Below, one piece after another: positions 1-8,952 of a DNA stretch of 64,000 bases. Under the pieces are notes generated by a model. The model did no database searches. It was not told the DNA's origin and saw nothing but the letters and a program-made list of their open reading frames with translations. Source of the stretch: Actinomycetota bacterium (lineage in GTDB: Bacteria > Actinomycetota > Actinomycetes > Actinomycetales > Microbacteriaceae). The position numbers and the translations under genes were made by a program. Location of the stretch: contig JBEENB010000003.1 of the NCBI GenBank assembly GCA_041192365.1, forward strand, positions 2,816-66,815, written 5' to 3'. Numbering within the stretch: the stretch's first letter is position 1; each line of letters opens with the position of its first letter.

Positions 1-448
1 GCCACGGATTGACGATGTGGGCTTCAAGAATGTTGAGCTCAGCCTCGAGGTGGGCGCGGATCGGGTCGTGGGCAGTCAGTTCCTTGGCGACCTGCTTGGC
101 TGTCACCGCACTCAAGCCCTTGTGTTCATAAATTGTCTGTAGCTCCGCGAGTTCAGCCTCGGGTTGCTCGATCAGTTCCCGTTTTTCCTTGACAATCAAG
201 GCGAGCTCGCTGTCGCGCTGGCTGCTCACGGACACATATTCCCCGAGCCCCATTGAGATGGCTCCTGCGGCGAGTCCCGCGACTCCCGCGATCATGATGG
301 GCCCGATGTCTGACGTTGCCGCGGCCACACCCACAACGAGGGCTGAAATCGAGACAATTCCATCGTTCGCGCCGAGCACTCCGGCGCGAAGCCAGTTCAA
401 CCTGGCAAGGTGCGAGACGCGGTGTGGCTCGGAGGTTTCGTTGGGCAT
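1..448 (-). CDS. VIT/CCC1-family metal (Fe/Mn) transporter, N-terminal ~149 codons; 3' end lies beyond the window edge
   Basis: Own translation of minus strand from ATG (446-448): MPNETSEPHRVSHLARLNWLRAGVLGANDGIVSISALVVGVAAATSD...GLGEYVSVSSQRDSE. LRAGVLGANDG and GEYVSV are VIT-family signatures. Not in the ORF track because it is open at position 1. Confidence 0.8.
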   Translation of the reverse strand, partial: MPNETSEPHRVSHLARLNWLRAGVLGANDGIVSISALVVGVAAATSDIGPIMIAGVAGLAAGAISMGLGEYVSVSSQRDSELALIVKEKRELIEQPEAELAELQTIYEHKGLSAVTAKQVAKELTAHDPIRAHLEAELNILEAHIVNPW

Positions 449-556
449 TGAGCAATTCAACCGCGAATTACCCGCAGTTTCTAGAAAGGCGAACCTTACC
501 TAGACAACGATTCGGAGCCGCGCGGGAAAGCTTCTCTCGTGCGACGGGCACACGTC

Positions 557-952
557 TTATGCGTCAGTGTCCAGATGACGCGAAACTTCGCGGTTGAAAA
601 GCAACAAAACGGTAACCGTGGCGGCCGGCACAATCAACAGGGCAGCGACGTCCCAGCGCGGTTCCGTTCCCTGTGCCGAGGCGATCCCGATTCCAATCAC
701 CGTCATTTGCCATACGATAATGGCGCTTCGAGTCGCCGGCCGGCCCCGCGCGAACATCACGTTTGCGACCGACATAGCGGCGGCGGATAGAACTATAAGG
801 ACGTCAAGGAAGATTGCGCCGGCGAGCGAGGTTGGTTGCTGTGTCGCGGTGTCTACGATAAATAGTGCCGAAACGACCCACAGTCCAAGGGTTTGAAGGG
901 CAACAATAGCGACAATCGCATACACCGCGAAAGATTTAGGGTTAACGGCCAC
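557..952 (-). CDS. small integral membrane protein, unknown function
   Basis: 131-aa ORF (GTG start) with about four hydrophobic helices, e.g. FAVYAIVAIVALQTLGLWVVSALFIV and VAALLIVPAATVTVLLLF. No catalytic motif recognised. Confidence 0.6.
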   Translation of the reverse strand: MAVNPKSFAVYAIVAIVALQTLGLWVVSALFIVDTATQQPTSLAGAIFLDVLIVLSAAAMSVANVMFARGRPATRSAIIVWQMTVIGIGIASAQGTEPRWDVAALLIVPAATVTVLLLFNREVSRHLDTDA

Positions 953-1129
953 TAAACAATTCTCTCAAAGACCCTTGACCTTATTGGACAATCGTGAGAA
1001 CCTGTTAGAGGTTGATGTTCGCACCCGATGACGCGTGCGGTTACCAACACTTCCGTCCCACCCACGATGCCACGTACTCGAGGCGTCCGCCGGCCCAATT
1101 GTGTGCTGGCACCAATTAAGGAGATCACC

Positions 1130-1378
1130 ATGGATTGGCGCGATAAAGCTGCTTGCCTCACGGTCGACCCGGAACTTTTTTTCCCCGTCGGCAACACTGG
1201 CCCGGCACTTGACCAAATTGAAAAGGCGAAGCAGGTTTGTGCGCAATGCCCCGTCGTCGAAAACTGTCTCCAGTACGCCATCGAGTCCAACCAGGACTCC
1301 GGTGTCTGGGGTGGCCTCAGCGAAGACGAGCGTCGCGCGCTCAAGCGCCGCGCAGCTCGAGCTCGCCGAGCGTCCTAA
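1130..1378 (+). CDS. whiB1: WhiB-family Fe-S transcription factor (WhiB1/WblE type)
   Basis: 82 aa from ATG 1130, preceded by AAGGAG (1118-1123). Has the Cys pattern C...CAQCPVVENC, the GVWGG turn and a basic tail KRRAARARR. Convergent with a PdtaS-like kinase as in Mtb Rv3219/Rv3220c. The ORF-track start 1028 is an upstream extension. Confidence 0.9.
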   Translation: MDWRDKAACLTVDPELFFPVGNTGPALDQIEKAKQVCAQCPVVENCLQYAIESNQDSGVWGGLSEDERRALKRRAARARRAS

Positions 1379-1389
1379 CGCCTCAACGC

Positions 1390-1413
1390 GAAACGCCTCC
1401 TCGGAGGCGTTTC
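1390..1413. terminator. bidirectional terminator-like hairpin between whiB1 and pdtaS
   Basis: GAAACGCCTC-CTCG-GAGGCGTTTC: perfect 10-bp stem with a 4-nt loop, 12 nt after the whiB1 stop and 1 nt before the pdtaS stop. Only short T/A runs flank it. Confidence 0.7.
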
Positions 1414-1414
1414 G

Positions 1415-2902
1415 TCATTTAACACCCTTCGCTGCAGCGATGTAGCGCAGGGGAATATCAATCGCCACCAACGTTCCACCCGATTCGCCACGCGCCCACT
1501 CAATCGTCGCCGACAATTCGTTCTCGACGAGAGTACGAATAATCTGAGTTCCGAGTCCCTGACCAATCGTCCACGCATCGACGCCGGGACCATTGTCACT
1601 CACCGACACGCGCAAGTGGTCCGCTGCGCGATCCGCTCGAACGGTCACCGTGCCGTCGACAACATCTTTGAGACCGTGCTCCACCGCGTTCGTAATCAGT
1701 TCGGTCAACACGATGGCCAACGGCGTTGCAAACTCGCTGGGCAAATCGCCAAAGCTTCCCTCAATCGTGGGGCGAACGGTCGGCCCCCCCGTGTTGGCGA
1801 CCTCGGCCGCAAGGGGCGAGACGCGGGCGGCGACCTCGTCGAAATCGACTGTTTGTGCCAGCCCCGTCGCGAGCGCGTCGTGGACCACCGCAATCGCCTC
1901 CACCCGGCGCATCGCCTGTGCGAGGGCGTCCTTTACTGCGGTCGATTTGGTTCGACGGCTCTGAATGCGCAATAGCGAGGCGACCGTCTGTAAATTGTTT
2001 TTCACTCGGTGGTGAATCTCGCGGATGGTCGCATTCTTGCTCGACAACTCGCGTTCTTGGCGACGAAGTTCCGTAACGTCGCGCAGTAACAGAATTGCAC
2101 CGATTCTCTCGCCGCTCTGGGTCAGCGGGATTCCGCGGACCGCGATGATGGTGGGCCCGGCGAAGAAGTCGGTTTGGCCCGGCACGCGTCCGCTCACCAC
2201 CATCGGCAACATCTCGTTGGCGGCGAGTTCTTGGGTGTTCCCGACGCGTCGAGCAACCTCGGCGAGGACCATCCCTTCCATCGGGGCGGAATACCCCATT
2301 CGGTTGAACGACGACAGGGCGTTGGGGCTCGCGTAGGTGACGGTGCCGTCTCGGTCAAGCTTGATCAACCCGTCCGATGCGCGCGGCGCACCTAGTTTCG
2401 GACTGTCACGTTGCGACGGGTCCGGGAAATCCCCTTCGGCAATCATCGAATAGATCTGCTCAGCCGATTCGATGAACGTCTGGGCCTGTCGATTCGCGCC
2501 GTTGTCGGTCACGAGAGCGTGGCGAGTCAGCACCGCGATGGGCTCAGAACCGCCACGGCGGCGAATCGGAATCGCGCGAACCAGCGTCGCCGTCTCTTCG
2601 AACCAGATTGGCTCGGTCGGTTCGACCATCATTCCGCGACGCTGGCACTCGTCGACCAACTTGTCCCAGGTGCCGCTGATTCGTGTGCCAACGATGTCTC
2701 GATAAAACACGGTGCTCGCCGTGCTCGCCCGAAAGAGCGCCACGGCGACCCACGACTGATCTGTCGTACGCACCCACAACGCGATGTCGGCGAGGGACAG
2801 GTCGGCGACCAGTTGCCCCTCGCGAACGAGGTCCTGCAACCACTCGACGTCATCGGCAGGCAACGACGCCTGTTCCGCAACGATTTCGGCGAGGGTCAGC
2901 AT
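1415..2902 (-). CDS. pdtaS: PdtaS-like cytoplasmic sensor histidine kinase (GAF/PAS - HisKA_2 - HATPase)
   Basis: 495 aa. H-box EIHHRVKNNLQTVASLLRIQSRR, N-box LTELITNAVEHG, G-box DNGPGV...GLGTQI. No TM segment. Adjacent to whiB1. Confidence 0.88.
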   Translation of the reverse strand: MLTLAEIVAEQASLPADDVEWLQDLVREGQLVADLSLADIALWVRTTDQSWVAVALFRASTASTVFYRDIVGTRISGTWDKLVDECQRRGMMVEPTEPIWFEETATLVRAIPIRRRGGSEPIAVLTRHALVTDNGANRQAQTFIESAEQIYSMIAEGDFPDPSQRDSPKLGAPRASDGLIKLDRDGTVTYASPNALSSFNRMGYSAPMEGMVLAEVARRVGNTQELAANEMLPMVVSGRVPGQTDFFAGPTIIAVRGIPLTQSGERIGAILLLRDVTELRRQERELSSKNATIREIHHRVKNNLQTVASLLRIQSRRTKSTAVKDALAQAMRRVEAIAVVHDALATGLAQTVDFDEVAARVSPLAAEVANTGGPTVRPTIEGSFGDLPSEFATPLAIVLTELITNAVEHGLKDVVDGTVTVRADRAADHLRVSVSDNGPGVDAWTIGQGLGTQIIRTLVENELSATIEWARGESGGTLVAIDIPLRYIAAAKGVK

Positions 2903-2912
2903 GCTTTACAGG

Positions 2913-4079
2913 CTACCGCCGCCACCGGGCCTTGAGGGGAGTCGGTAATGCAACGCCCGCACGTTGAGCAACCTCGCGCCACAGCATCGGGTTGCTCCGT
3001 GCCCGACCTAATGCTTCGTCGACTCCTTTCCGACCGTCGGCCGGAATAATGCTTCGCACGATGTGGTCACTGAAGCGGTGAATTGCCTCCGCCGCATCGC
3101 GACCCGACCCGGGCGCCACGCGGTTAAGAATAAGGACCGGGGGTTCGCACAGGTCACGGATTTCGTCAAGTCCACGGATGATTCTCGAAACCCCAACGGC
3201 ATCCGATGCTCCGACCGCAATGACCGAATCAGCGCGGCGCAGGATTTCGCGAGCCGCGCCATCTCGTTGGGGAGCATCGTCAATCCATTCGTTTTCTTCC
3301 ACACCGAAGCCCACATCGACAATCACCACGTCGTATATTTCCCTCACGAGATTCAACACCGATCGGACCTTCTCCGGCCCGACTTCGGCCCAGCGTGACG
3401 CACGCGGAACGCCCGTCAAAACCGACAACCGTACGCCGTCTCGTTCGACGGTGTTGGCTATTCGGCCGATTTCGGAGGCAGTCAGTTCGTCTCGACCCGC
3501 CAATCGACACGCGGAGGCAAACCCCGGCGTTTCGTCCTGGACGCCCAAAGCGATTGCGATTGATGATCCGCGGGTGTCAACATCACAGAGAAGTGTCGAA
3601 AGTCCCGCTTGAGCACAAACACTCGACACGGAAATGGCCGTCGTTGTGACGCCGGGTGCACCAACCGGCCCCCAGACTGCTAGCACGACGGGTTTACGGC
3701 GTGCGTTGACTGCGACAGAGGCGGGTCCCGTTGTCGCGTTCCGTTCGGAATCCGAATCGGCGACGAGTCGAACGACGGATCGTATGTCCGCGAAACTCCT
3801 CACCGTATGGATTCCCTTTAGCCCGGTCGCCCATTCGAAGACACCATTCGCTTCGGCGATGGCGCAGATTCGACCGATGGGGTGAGGTGTCAAGCGCAGA
3901 ACTTCCTCCGTCAGATACGCAACGCTCGCCTCGGTGATGAGAACGTCAACGGGCGATAAAGAGACGTGGCGGACCGCGTCTCGAACCGAATCGACTCCCC
4001 ACACGACGTCTGCACAATCCGCGATGGTGCTGAGGTCTGCCAACCTCGTTGACGGGCCAAGCACCCCGACGGTTGTCAC
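2913..4079 (-). CDS. Ssd/CpaE(TadZ)-like MinD/ParA-fold protein with degenerate Walker A
   Basis: 388 aa, GTG start overlapping the upstream stop (GTGA). N-terminal receiver-like region, then P-loop VWGPVGAPGVTTTA with no Walker Lys, then VVIVDVG (Walker B-like). Confidence 0.7.
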   Translation of the reverse strand: MTTVGVLGPSTRLADLSTIADCADVVWGVDSVRDAVRHVSLSPVDVLITEASVAYLTEEVLRLTPHPIGRICAIAEANGVFEWATGLKGIHTVRSFADIRSVVRLVADSDSERNATTGPASVAVNARRKPVVLAVWGPVGAPGVTTTAISVSSVCAQAGLSTLLCDVDTRGSSIAIALGVQDETPGFASACRLAGRDELTASEIGRIANTVERDGVRLSVLTGVPRASRWAEVGPEKVRSVLNLVREIYDVVIVDVGFGVEENEWIDDAPQRDGAAREILRRADSVIAVGASDAVGVSRIIRGLDEIRDLCEPPVLILNRVAPGSGRDAAEAIHRFSDHIVRSIIPADGRKGVDEALGRARSNPMLWREVAQRAGVALPTPLKARWRR

Positions 4080-4663
4080 GGAGATTCACCTGACGTGGCG
4101 ACGATGACATGCGCAGAATCAAGAACCGCGAGCACCCTATCGACCTCGAGCGGGTCGACAAGAATGGTCGCGACCGAGTCCCCACCGAAACCGCTGTCAG
4201 CGATGGACACCACCACCGCGTTCCGAGCAACCGTGAAGGGCGGCGCATCGCCGTCCTCGTCGACCGCCCAAAGATCTATTGACGATCCGCTGGTCAACGA
4301 CGCGGGTGGGGTCACACCCAGCGGCACCGAAATCTGAACTCGTGACAAGGCTGATTGTTCTAGCATTCGAGAGGTGATGATTTCGCCGGCGCCAATGTCG
4401 GACCCAACCACCCGCCCGATCAGATCAGTCCGTGAAACACCAGGGTTCGAGGCGTTAGCGGAAATTCGGACCTCGTCGATGACGTCATCGGTGATGACGG
4501 TTCCTGCTGGCAAAAAACTAATCGCCATGATGACACGGTCGCCGGGAGTCGAAAGCCGAACCACACCAACCACACCAACGATGCTGGCGATGACGAGAAC
4601 GATTCCCGCGATTGTCCGAGAGGCAGCCAATTGGCGCCGAAGGAATGAGAAAATTGAGTACAC
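4076..4663 (-). CDS. SAF-domain / CpaB(RcpC)-like membrane-anchored protein
   Basis: N-terminal TM anchor RTIAGIVLVIASIVGVVGVV followed by a beta-rich SAF-like region (AISFLPAGTVITDDVIDEVRISA). I prefer GTG 4663, preceded by GGAAAGGAAG; the ORF is open up to 4726. Confidence 0.65.
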   Translation of the reverse strand: MYSIFSFLRRQLAASRTIAGIVLVIASIVGVVGVVRLSTPGDRVIMAISFLPAGTVITDDVIDEVRISANASNPGVSRTDLIGRVVGSDIGAGEIITSRMLEQSALSRVQISVPLGVTPPASLTSGSSIDLWAVDEDGDAPPFTVARNAVVVSIADSGFGGDSVATILVDPLEVDRVLAVLDSAHVIVATSGESP

Positions 4664-4775
4664 AGGACTTCCTTTCCGCAACCTATCGTGGGGCTGGTTG
4701 GTGTGTTCGGAAATAGTTATCCACACACTCTGGTTTATTCAGCCTCGGCGCGCGAACTCGTGCCACTCTCGTTGT

Positions 4776-5039
4776 ATGACCGAAGAGTGGCTGTTGACCG
4801 TCGCTGATGCAGCCGAGGTGCTGGGAACGTCCCGCGAGCAAGTCGCAGGGTTCATTGCCCGCGACGAACTTCCCGTCGCGCCCGGACGCCGAGTTCGAGT
4901 CGCTCATGCCGCCGTCGTTGAATTTGTCGCCGCGATGCAGCGGGACGCGTTGATGTTGGGCAAGGAACCTCATTTCGTGCCGTCAATTGTGGGGTCAGGG
5001 CCTTTCGCCATCGTCGACGAGAATGACACCGAGTGCTGA
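4776..5039 (+). CDS. helix-turn-helix DNA-binding protein (excisionase/MerR-like HTH_17 type)
   Basis: 87 aa from ATG 4776: LLTVADAAEVLGTSREQVAGFIARDELPVAPGRRVRVAHAAVVEFV matches the excisionase-type HTH pattern. The upstream part of ORF 4374-5039 is antisense to the SAF gene. Confidence 0.7.
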   Translation: MTEEWLLTVADAAEVLGTSREQVAGFIARDELPVAPGRRVRVAHAAVVEFVAAMQRDALMLGKEPHFVPSIVGSGPFAIVDENDTEC

Positions 5040-5528
5040 CCGGGGCACAACCGACTCGCGGCGGAGTGAACGCACCGTCACGGCATCACGCCATACACCG
5101 GTGATACGACCTCGGACTCCGAATCGCTCACCCACGATCGTGACTGACGACGAGCGGCGTTCGATATCCCGCAAAACGGCCCCAAGCGGGACTAACTCGT
5201 AACTATCTGGTGCAGATGATGCACACCCGCAGTCTGATGGGGAAAATGCAGTGAGTATTGCGTCGAACGGAACAATCGCCCGTTCACCCGAACCACACAC
5301 AACCCCATCAACCCACATCATTCCGATCCGACGCACATGAATGACGCGGTCAAGTGACGTCACCTGAACCGTGAGCCCGTCATGTACACGAAGCGCCAAC
5401 ATTGCGTTGGAGAAATACAATTCCGATTTGCGATCACGTTCTCGCTCCCGCGCGACGTCCCGTTCGATGTTCATCTGCTCCACGTCCCAAAGAGAACCCA
5501 AACCCAAGAGGTTTTCATTTCTGGACAT
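4995..5528 (-). CDS. hypothetical protein with two tandem ~55-aa beta-rich repeats
   Basis: 177 aa from ATG 5528 (TATTAT 7 nt upstream, no SD); the ORF-track start 5606 is a TTG. Internal repeat ...VTxxxxxxVRxRIxxxWxDxV...(I/V)VPxxA... occurs twice. No family recognised. Confidence 0.55.
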   Translation of the reverse strand: MSRNENLLGLGSLWDVEQMNIERDVARERERDRKSELYFSNAMLALRVHDGLTVQVTSLDRVIHVRRIGMMWVDGVVCGSGERAIVPFDAILTAFSPSDCGCASSAPDSYELVPLGAVLRDIERRSSSVTIVGERFGVRGRITGVWRDAVTVRSLRRESVVPRSALGVILVDDGERP

Positions 5529-5535
5529 GTGTCGA

Positions 5536-5541
5536 ATAATA
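5536..5541 (-). promoter_or_regulatory. candidate -10 element (TATTAT) of a leaderless transcript
   Basis: TATTAT on the minus strand ends 7 nt before ATG 5528. No SD in between. Confidence 0.45.
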
Positions 5542-5678
5542 GGTAGCGCAACCCATCCTCTTCGACTTATCCACAGATTTTCACGACCTGACTCACGCTT
5601 CCGCAAAATGCGACAAGGTTGTGGCGTTATGAGGCAACGCCTCTGTCACGAATCCACGCTCCGGAATCGAGTACAGCA

Positions 5679-6113
5679 ATGGTTGAAACAATCTCCTCAT
5701 CAGAATCACCCCGGCACAGCACATCCCGTGCAATGGAGTTCTTTGATCCACAACCGACACCGCGAGTTGAACTACCGGACCCGCAGGAAACAATCGAACG
5801 GCTCGCGCTCATCGGTTGCGAAATCATTGCGGGAATCCGTCCAGTTGAACAGATCGGGCGGTGGGTCACGGAAGACGTTTATCGCGTCGTGGCCGAACGC
5901 TCCATCGCTGCGCGCCGAAATCGTGTTGCGCGCGCCGAAACAATCAAATCACGGCCGCTCATTATTGTCGGGCTCACCGTCGTCACCGAACCCCGCGACG
6001 GCGCCGTCGAAGGCGTCAGTTTGGTCCGCTTCGGCCAACGAACGCGCGCCGTGTGCGTTCGCCTCGAAGGGCTCGACCACCGCTGGCGCGCGAGCGCACT
6101 CGCGTTGCTCTAA
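5679..6113 (+). CDS. Rv3235-family (DUF6459-like) conserved actinobacterial protein
   Basis: The C-terminal part AGIRPVEQIGRWVTEDVY...VEGVSLVRFGQRTRAVCVRLEGLDHRWRASALALL resembles the Rv3235 family found next to secA. Start uncertain: frame open from TTG 5619, ATGs at 5679 and 5733. Confidence 0.7.
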   Translation: MVETISSSESPRHSTSRAMEFFDPQPTPRVELPDPQETIERLALIGCEIIAGIRPVEQIGRWVTEDVYRVVAERSIAARRNRVARAETIKSRPLIIVGLTVVTEPRDGAVEGVSLVRFGQRTRAVCVRLEGLDHRWRASALALL

Positions 6114-8837
6114 TTAGTCGAGCGACTGTCCGAAGGCCCCCTTCGCACCACCGCCCTGTGCGGGGGGTTGCGGGTTTCCGCGACGAGGGCGAAGTCGCTC
6201 TTGAGGGGCGGTTGGTTGGCGACCCGACTGATCGAGGATGACAGTTTCGCCGTCCTCGTTCGGCGCCGAATACGACAGACCTTCCGTCGGGATTGGCGCT
6301 GACGCGATGCCGGGTGCCTGAACCTGGGTGACGCCGCCCGCAGGAACAACCTGGACGTCGAGGTTGAAGACGAAGCCGACCGACTCTTCGCGAATCATGC
6401 CCATCATCGCCTGGAACATCGTGAATCCCTCGCGCTGGTATTCAATCAGGGGGTCGCGCTGCGCCATCGCACGAAGACCGATTCCGTCTTTGAGATAATC
6501 CATCTCGTAGAGGTGGTCTCTCCAGCGGCGATCGATGACCGACAAAACCACTCGGCGCTCGAGTTCACGGATGGCGTTTTCACCCAATGACCCCTCGCGG
6601 ATTCCGTACTGCACCATCGCGTCCGCGATTAATTCGCGCGTTACGTCTGCCGGAGTGATTTTCGCACCGTATTCGGCAAGGACCTCGTGCACCGAAATCG
6701 TCACGGGGAAAATCTGACGAACATCCACCCAGAGCTGCTCCAGGTCCCATTCATCCGAGTTACGGGCGTTGCCCGTGTTCTGGTTGACAACCTCCGTGAC
6801 GCTTCGTTCGATGAACGATGTCACTTTGTCCTTGATGGACGCACCCTCGAGGATCTGGCGGCGATCACCATAGATGGCTTCACGCTGGCGGTTCAAGACG
6901 TCGTCATACTTGAGAACGTTCTTTCGGATTTCGGCGTTACGGGCCTCGACCTGCGACTGCGCGGATTGAATCGCCCGCGAGACCAACTTTGACTCGATGG
7001 CCATGTCGTCATCACCCGTTCGACTCATGATGGCCGCAGCTGCGCCCGAGTTGAACAAACGCATGAGGTCATCCTGCAGCGACAAGTAGAAGCGGCTCTC
7101 GCCCGGGTCACCTTGGCGCCCTGAGCGACCGCGAAGCTGGTTATCAATGCGACGAGATTCGTGGCGTTCTGTGCCGAGAACGTACAGGCCACCGGCCGCG
7201 ACAACCTTCTCGGCTTCGACCGAGACGTCCGCCTTCACCGCGGTGAACACCTCGTCCCATCGCGCTTCGAATTCCTCCGGATTTTCAGTCGGGTTGAGCC
7301 CCGCCTGGTGAAGTTTGGTCACCGCGATAAATTCAGCGTTTCCTCCGAGCATGATGTCGGTACCGCGACCCGCCATGTTCGTGGCTACCGTCACAGCACC
7401 CAAGCGCCCGGCCTCTGCGACAATTGCCGCTTCACGCGCGTGGTTCTTCGCGTTGAGCACCTCGTGCTTAATGCCGCGCTTTGCCAGCAGTTTCGACAAG
7501 TTTTCGCTCTTCTCGACCGACACGGTTCCTACAAGGACCGGCTGACCCTTCGCGTGACGCTTTGCAATGTCCTCGACAACCTGGCGGTACTTCGCGGCCT
7601 CACTGGCATAAATCAAGTCAGACTGGTCGAGGCGAATCATCGGGCGGTTCGTCGGAATCGCCACGACACCCAGTTTGTACGTCGACGCAAATTCGGCGGC
7701 TTCGGTTTCGGCGGTTCCCGTCATTCCCGACAGTTTCTCGTAGAGGCGGAAATAGTTCTGCAACGTCACCGTTGCCAACGTCTGGTTTTCAGCCTTGACC
7801 TCGACGCCCTCTTTAGCCTCGATGGCTTGGTGAATGCCTTCGCTGTAACGACGACCCGACAGAATTCGCCCGGTGTGTTCGTCGACTATGGCAACTTCGC
7901 CATTCATGACGACATAGTCCTTATCTCGGCGAAACAGTTCCTTCGCCTTGATCGAATTGTTGAGGAACGAAATGAGCGGCGTGTTGGCTGATTCGTAAAG
8001 ATTATCAATTCCGAGATAGTCCTCGACTTTGGAGATTCCATCTTCTAGAACCCCAATCGTGCGCTTTTTCTCGTCAAATTCATAGTCGACATCGCGAACG
8101 AGTTTCTCGGCAATCTTCGCAAATTCACCGAACCACCGATCCGCCTCGTCGGATCCAGGACCGGAAATGATCAGTGGGGTGCGCGCCTCGTCAATGAGAA
8201 TTGAGTCGACCTCGTCAACGATGGCGTAGAAGTGTCCGCGCTGAACCATGTCCGGGTGTTGCCACGCCATGTTGTCACGCAAGTAGTCAAAACCAAATTC
8301 GTTGTTCGTGCCGTATGTGATGTCAGCGTTGTATTGCTGCCGCCTCACCTCGGGCGATTGACTGGCGAGGATACAACCGATCGACATACCCAGCATGCGG
8401 AAAATTCGACCCATCAGCTCTGACTGGTAGGCGGCCAGGTAATCGTTCGTTGTGATGATGTGAACCCCGCGCGACGGGATTGCGTTGAGGAAGGCGGCCA
8501 GGGTGGCAACGAGAGTTTTACCCTCACCTGTCTTCATTTCAGAAATATTGCCAAGGTGAAGAGCAGCTCCACCCATTATTTGAACGTCATAGTGGCGGAA
8601 ACCAAGGGTACGTTTTGATGCCTCGCGCACGGCGGCAAACGCCTCCGGCAGTAGGTCATCGAGTGACTCTCCGGATGAATAGCGTTCTCGGAACTGGACG
8701 GTTTCGTCACGCAATTCCTCATTGGTTAGTTTTGCGAAGACGTCCTCAAGTGAATTGACGACGTCTGCGTAGTGCTTTAGTTTGCGAAGGGTTGCACCCT
8801 CTCCAACGCGCAGGACTTTTTCCAGAAGATTTGCCAC
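6114..8837 (-). CDS. secA: preprotein translocase ATPase SecA
   Basis: [11 protein letters not shown] Walker A and [22 protein letters not shown] 8837 gives the N-terminus [14 protein letters not shown] typical of SecA, with GGAG 6 nt upstream. The ORF track extends to ATG 8861. No C-terminal Zn finger. Confidence 0.97.
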   Translation of the reverse strand: MANLLEKVLRVGEGATLRKLKHYADVVNSLEDVFAKLTNEELRDETVQFRERYSSGESLDDLLPEAFAAVREASKRTLGFRHYDVQIMGGAALHLGNISEMKTGEGKTLVATLAAFLNAIPSRGVHIITTNDYLAAYQSELMGRIFRMLGMSIGCILASQSPEVRRQQYNADITYGTNNEFGFDYLRDNMAWQHPDMVQRGHFYAIVDEVDSILIDEARTPLIISGPGSDEADRWFGEFAKIAEKLVRDVDYEFDEKKRTIGVLEDGISKVEDYLGIDNLYESANTPLISFLNNSIKAKELFRRDKDYVVMNGEVAIVDEHTGRILSGRRYSEGIHQAIEAKEGVEVKAENQTLATVTLQNYFRLYEKLSGMTGTAETEAAEFASTYKLGVVAIPTNRPMIRLDQSDLIYASEAAKYRQVVEDIAKRHAKGQPVLVGTVSVEKSENLSKLLAKRGIKHEVLNAKNHAREAAIVAEAGRLGAVTVATNMAGRGTDIMLGGNAEFIAVTKLHQAGLNPTENPEEFEARWDEVFTAVKADVSVEAEKVVAAGGLYVLGTERHESRRIDNQLRGRSGRQGDPGESRFYLSLQDDLMRLFNSGAAAAIMSRTGDDDMAIESKLVSRAIQSAQSQVEARNAEIRKNVLKYDDVLNRQREAIYGDRRQILEGASIKDKVTSFIERSVTEVVNQNTGNARNSDEWDLEQLWVDVRQIFPVTISVHEVLAEYGAKITPADVTRELIADAMVQYGIREGSLGENAIRELERRVVLSVIDRRWRDHLYEMDYLKDGIGLRAMAQRDPLIEYQREGFTMFQAMMGMIREESVGFVFNLDVQVVPAGGVTQVQAPGIASAPIPTEGLSYSAPNEDGETVILDQSGRQPTAPQERLRPRRGNPQPPAQGGGAKGAFGQSLD

Positions 8838-8952
8838 TCGGCACTCCGTTTCATGAGTCAATACGGCATTTGTGATTCCGTATCGGCGTATTTTCTATTC
8901 TACGGTGAAACGATTTGGCCCACCACGCAGAAACAACACGCAAACCCAGACC

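Noticed and set aside
485-503. IdeR/DtxR iron box upstream of the VIT gene
   Set aside because: Aligned to TTAGGTTAGGCTAACCTAA, only about 13-14 of 19 positions match. The left half is good but the right half is poor, and the real dyad has a 4-nt centre instead of 1 nt.
449-556. yybP-ykoY (Mn) riboswitch in the VIT leader
   Set aside because: The 108-nt spacer lacks the conserved GGGGAGUAG-type core and any convincing four-way junction.
1097-1117. CRP/Cmr-type site (as at the Mtb whiB1 promoter) in AATTGTGTGCTGGCACCAATT
   Set aside because: GTG and CAC are separated by 6 nt, not the 8 nt required by TGTGA-N6-TCACA. The element also abuts the RBS, so it is too close to be a class I/II activator site.
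5371-6117. 248-aa plus-strand ORF overlapping the Rv3235-like gene in another frame
   Set aside because: The alternative frame (5619/5679-6113) carries the recognisable Rv3235-family C-terminus. The 248-aa product is Ser/Arg-rich with no motif and would also overlap the divergent gene's 5' end.
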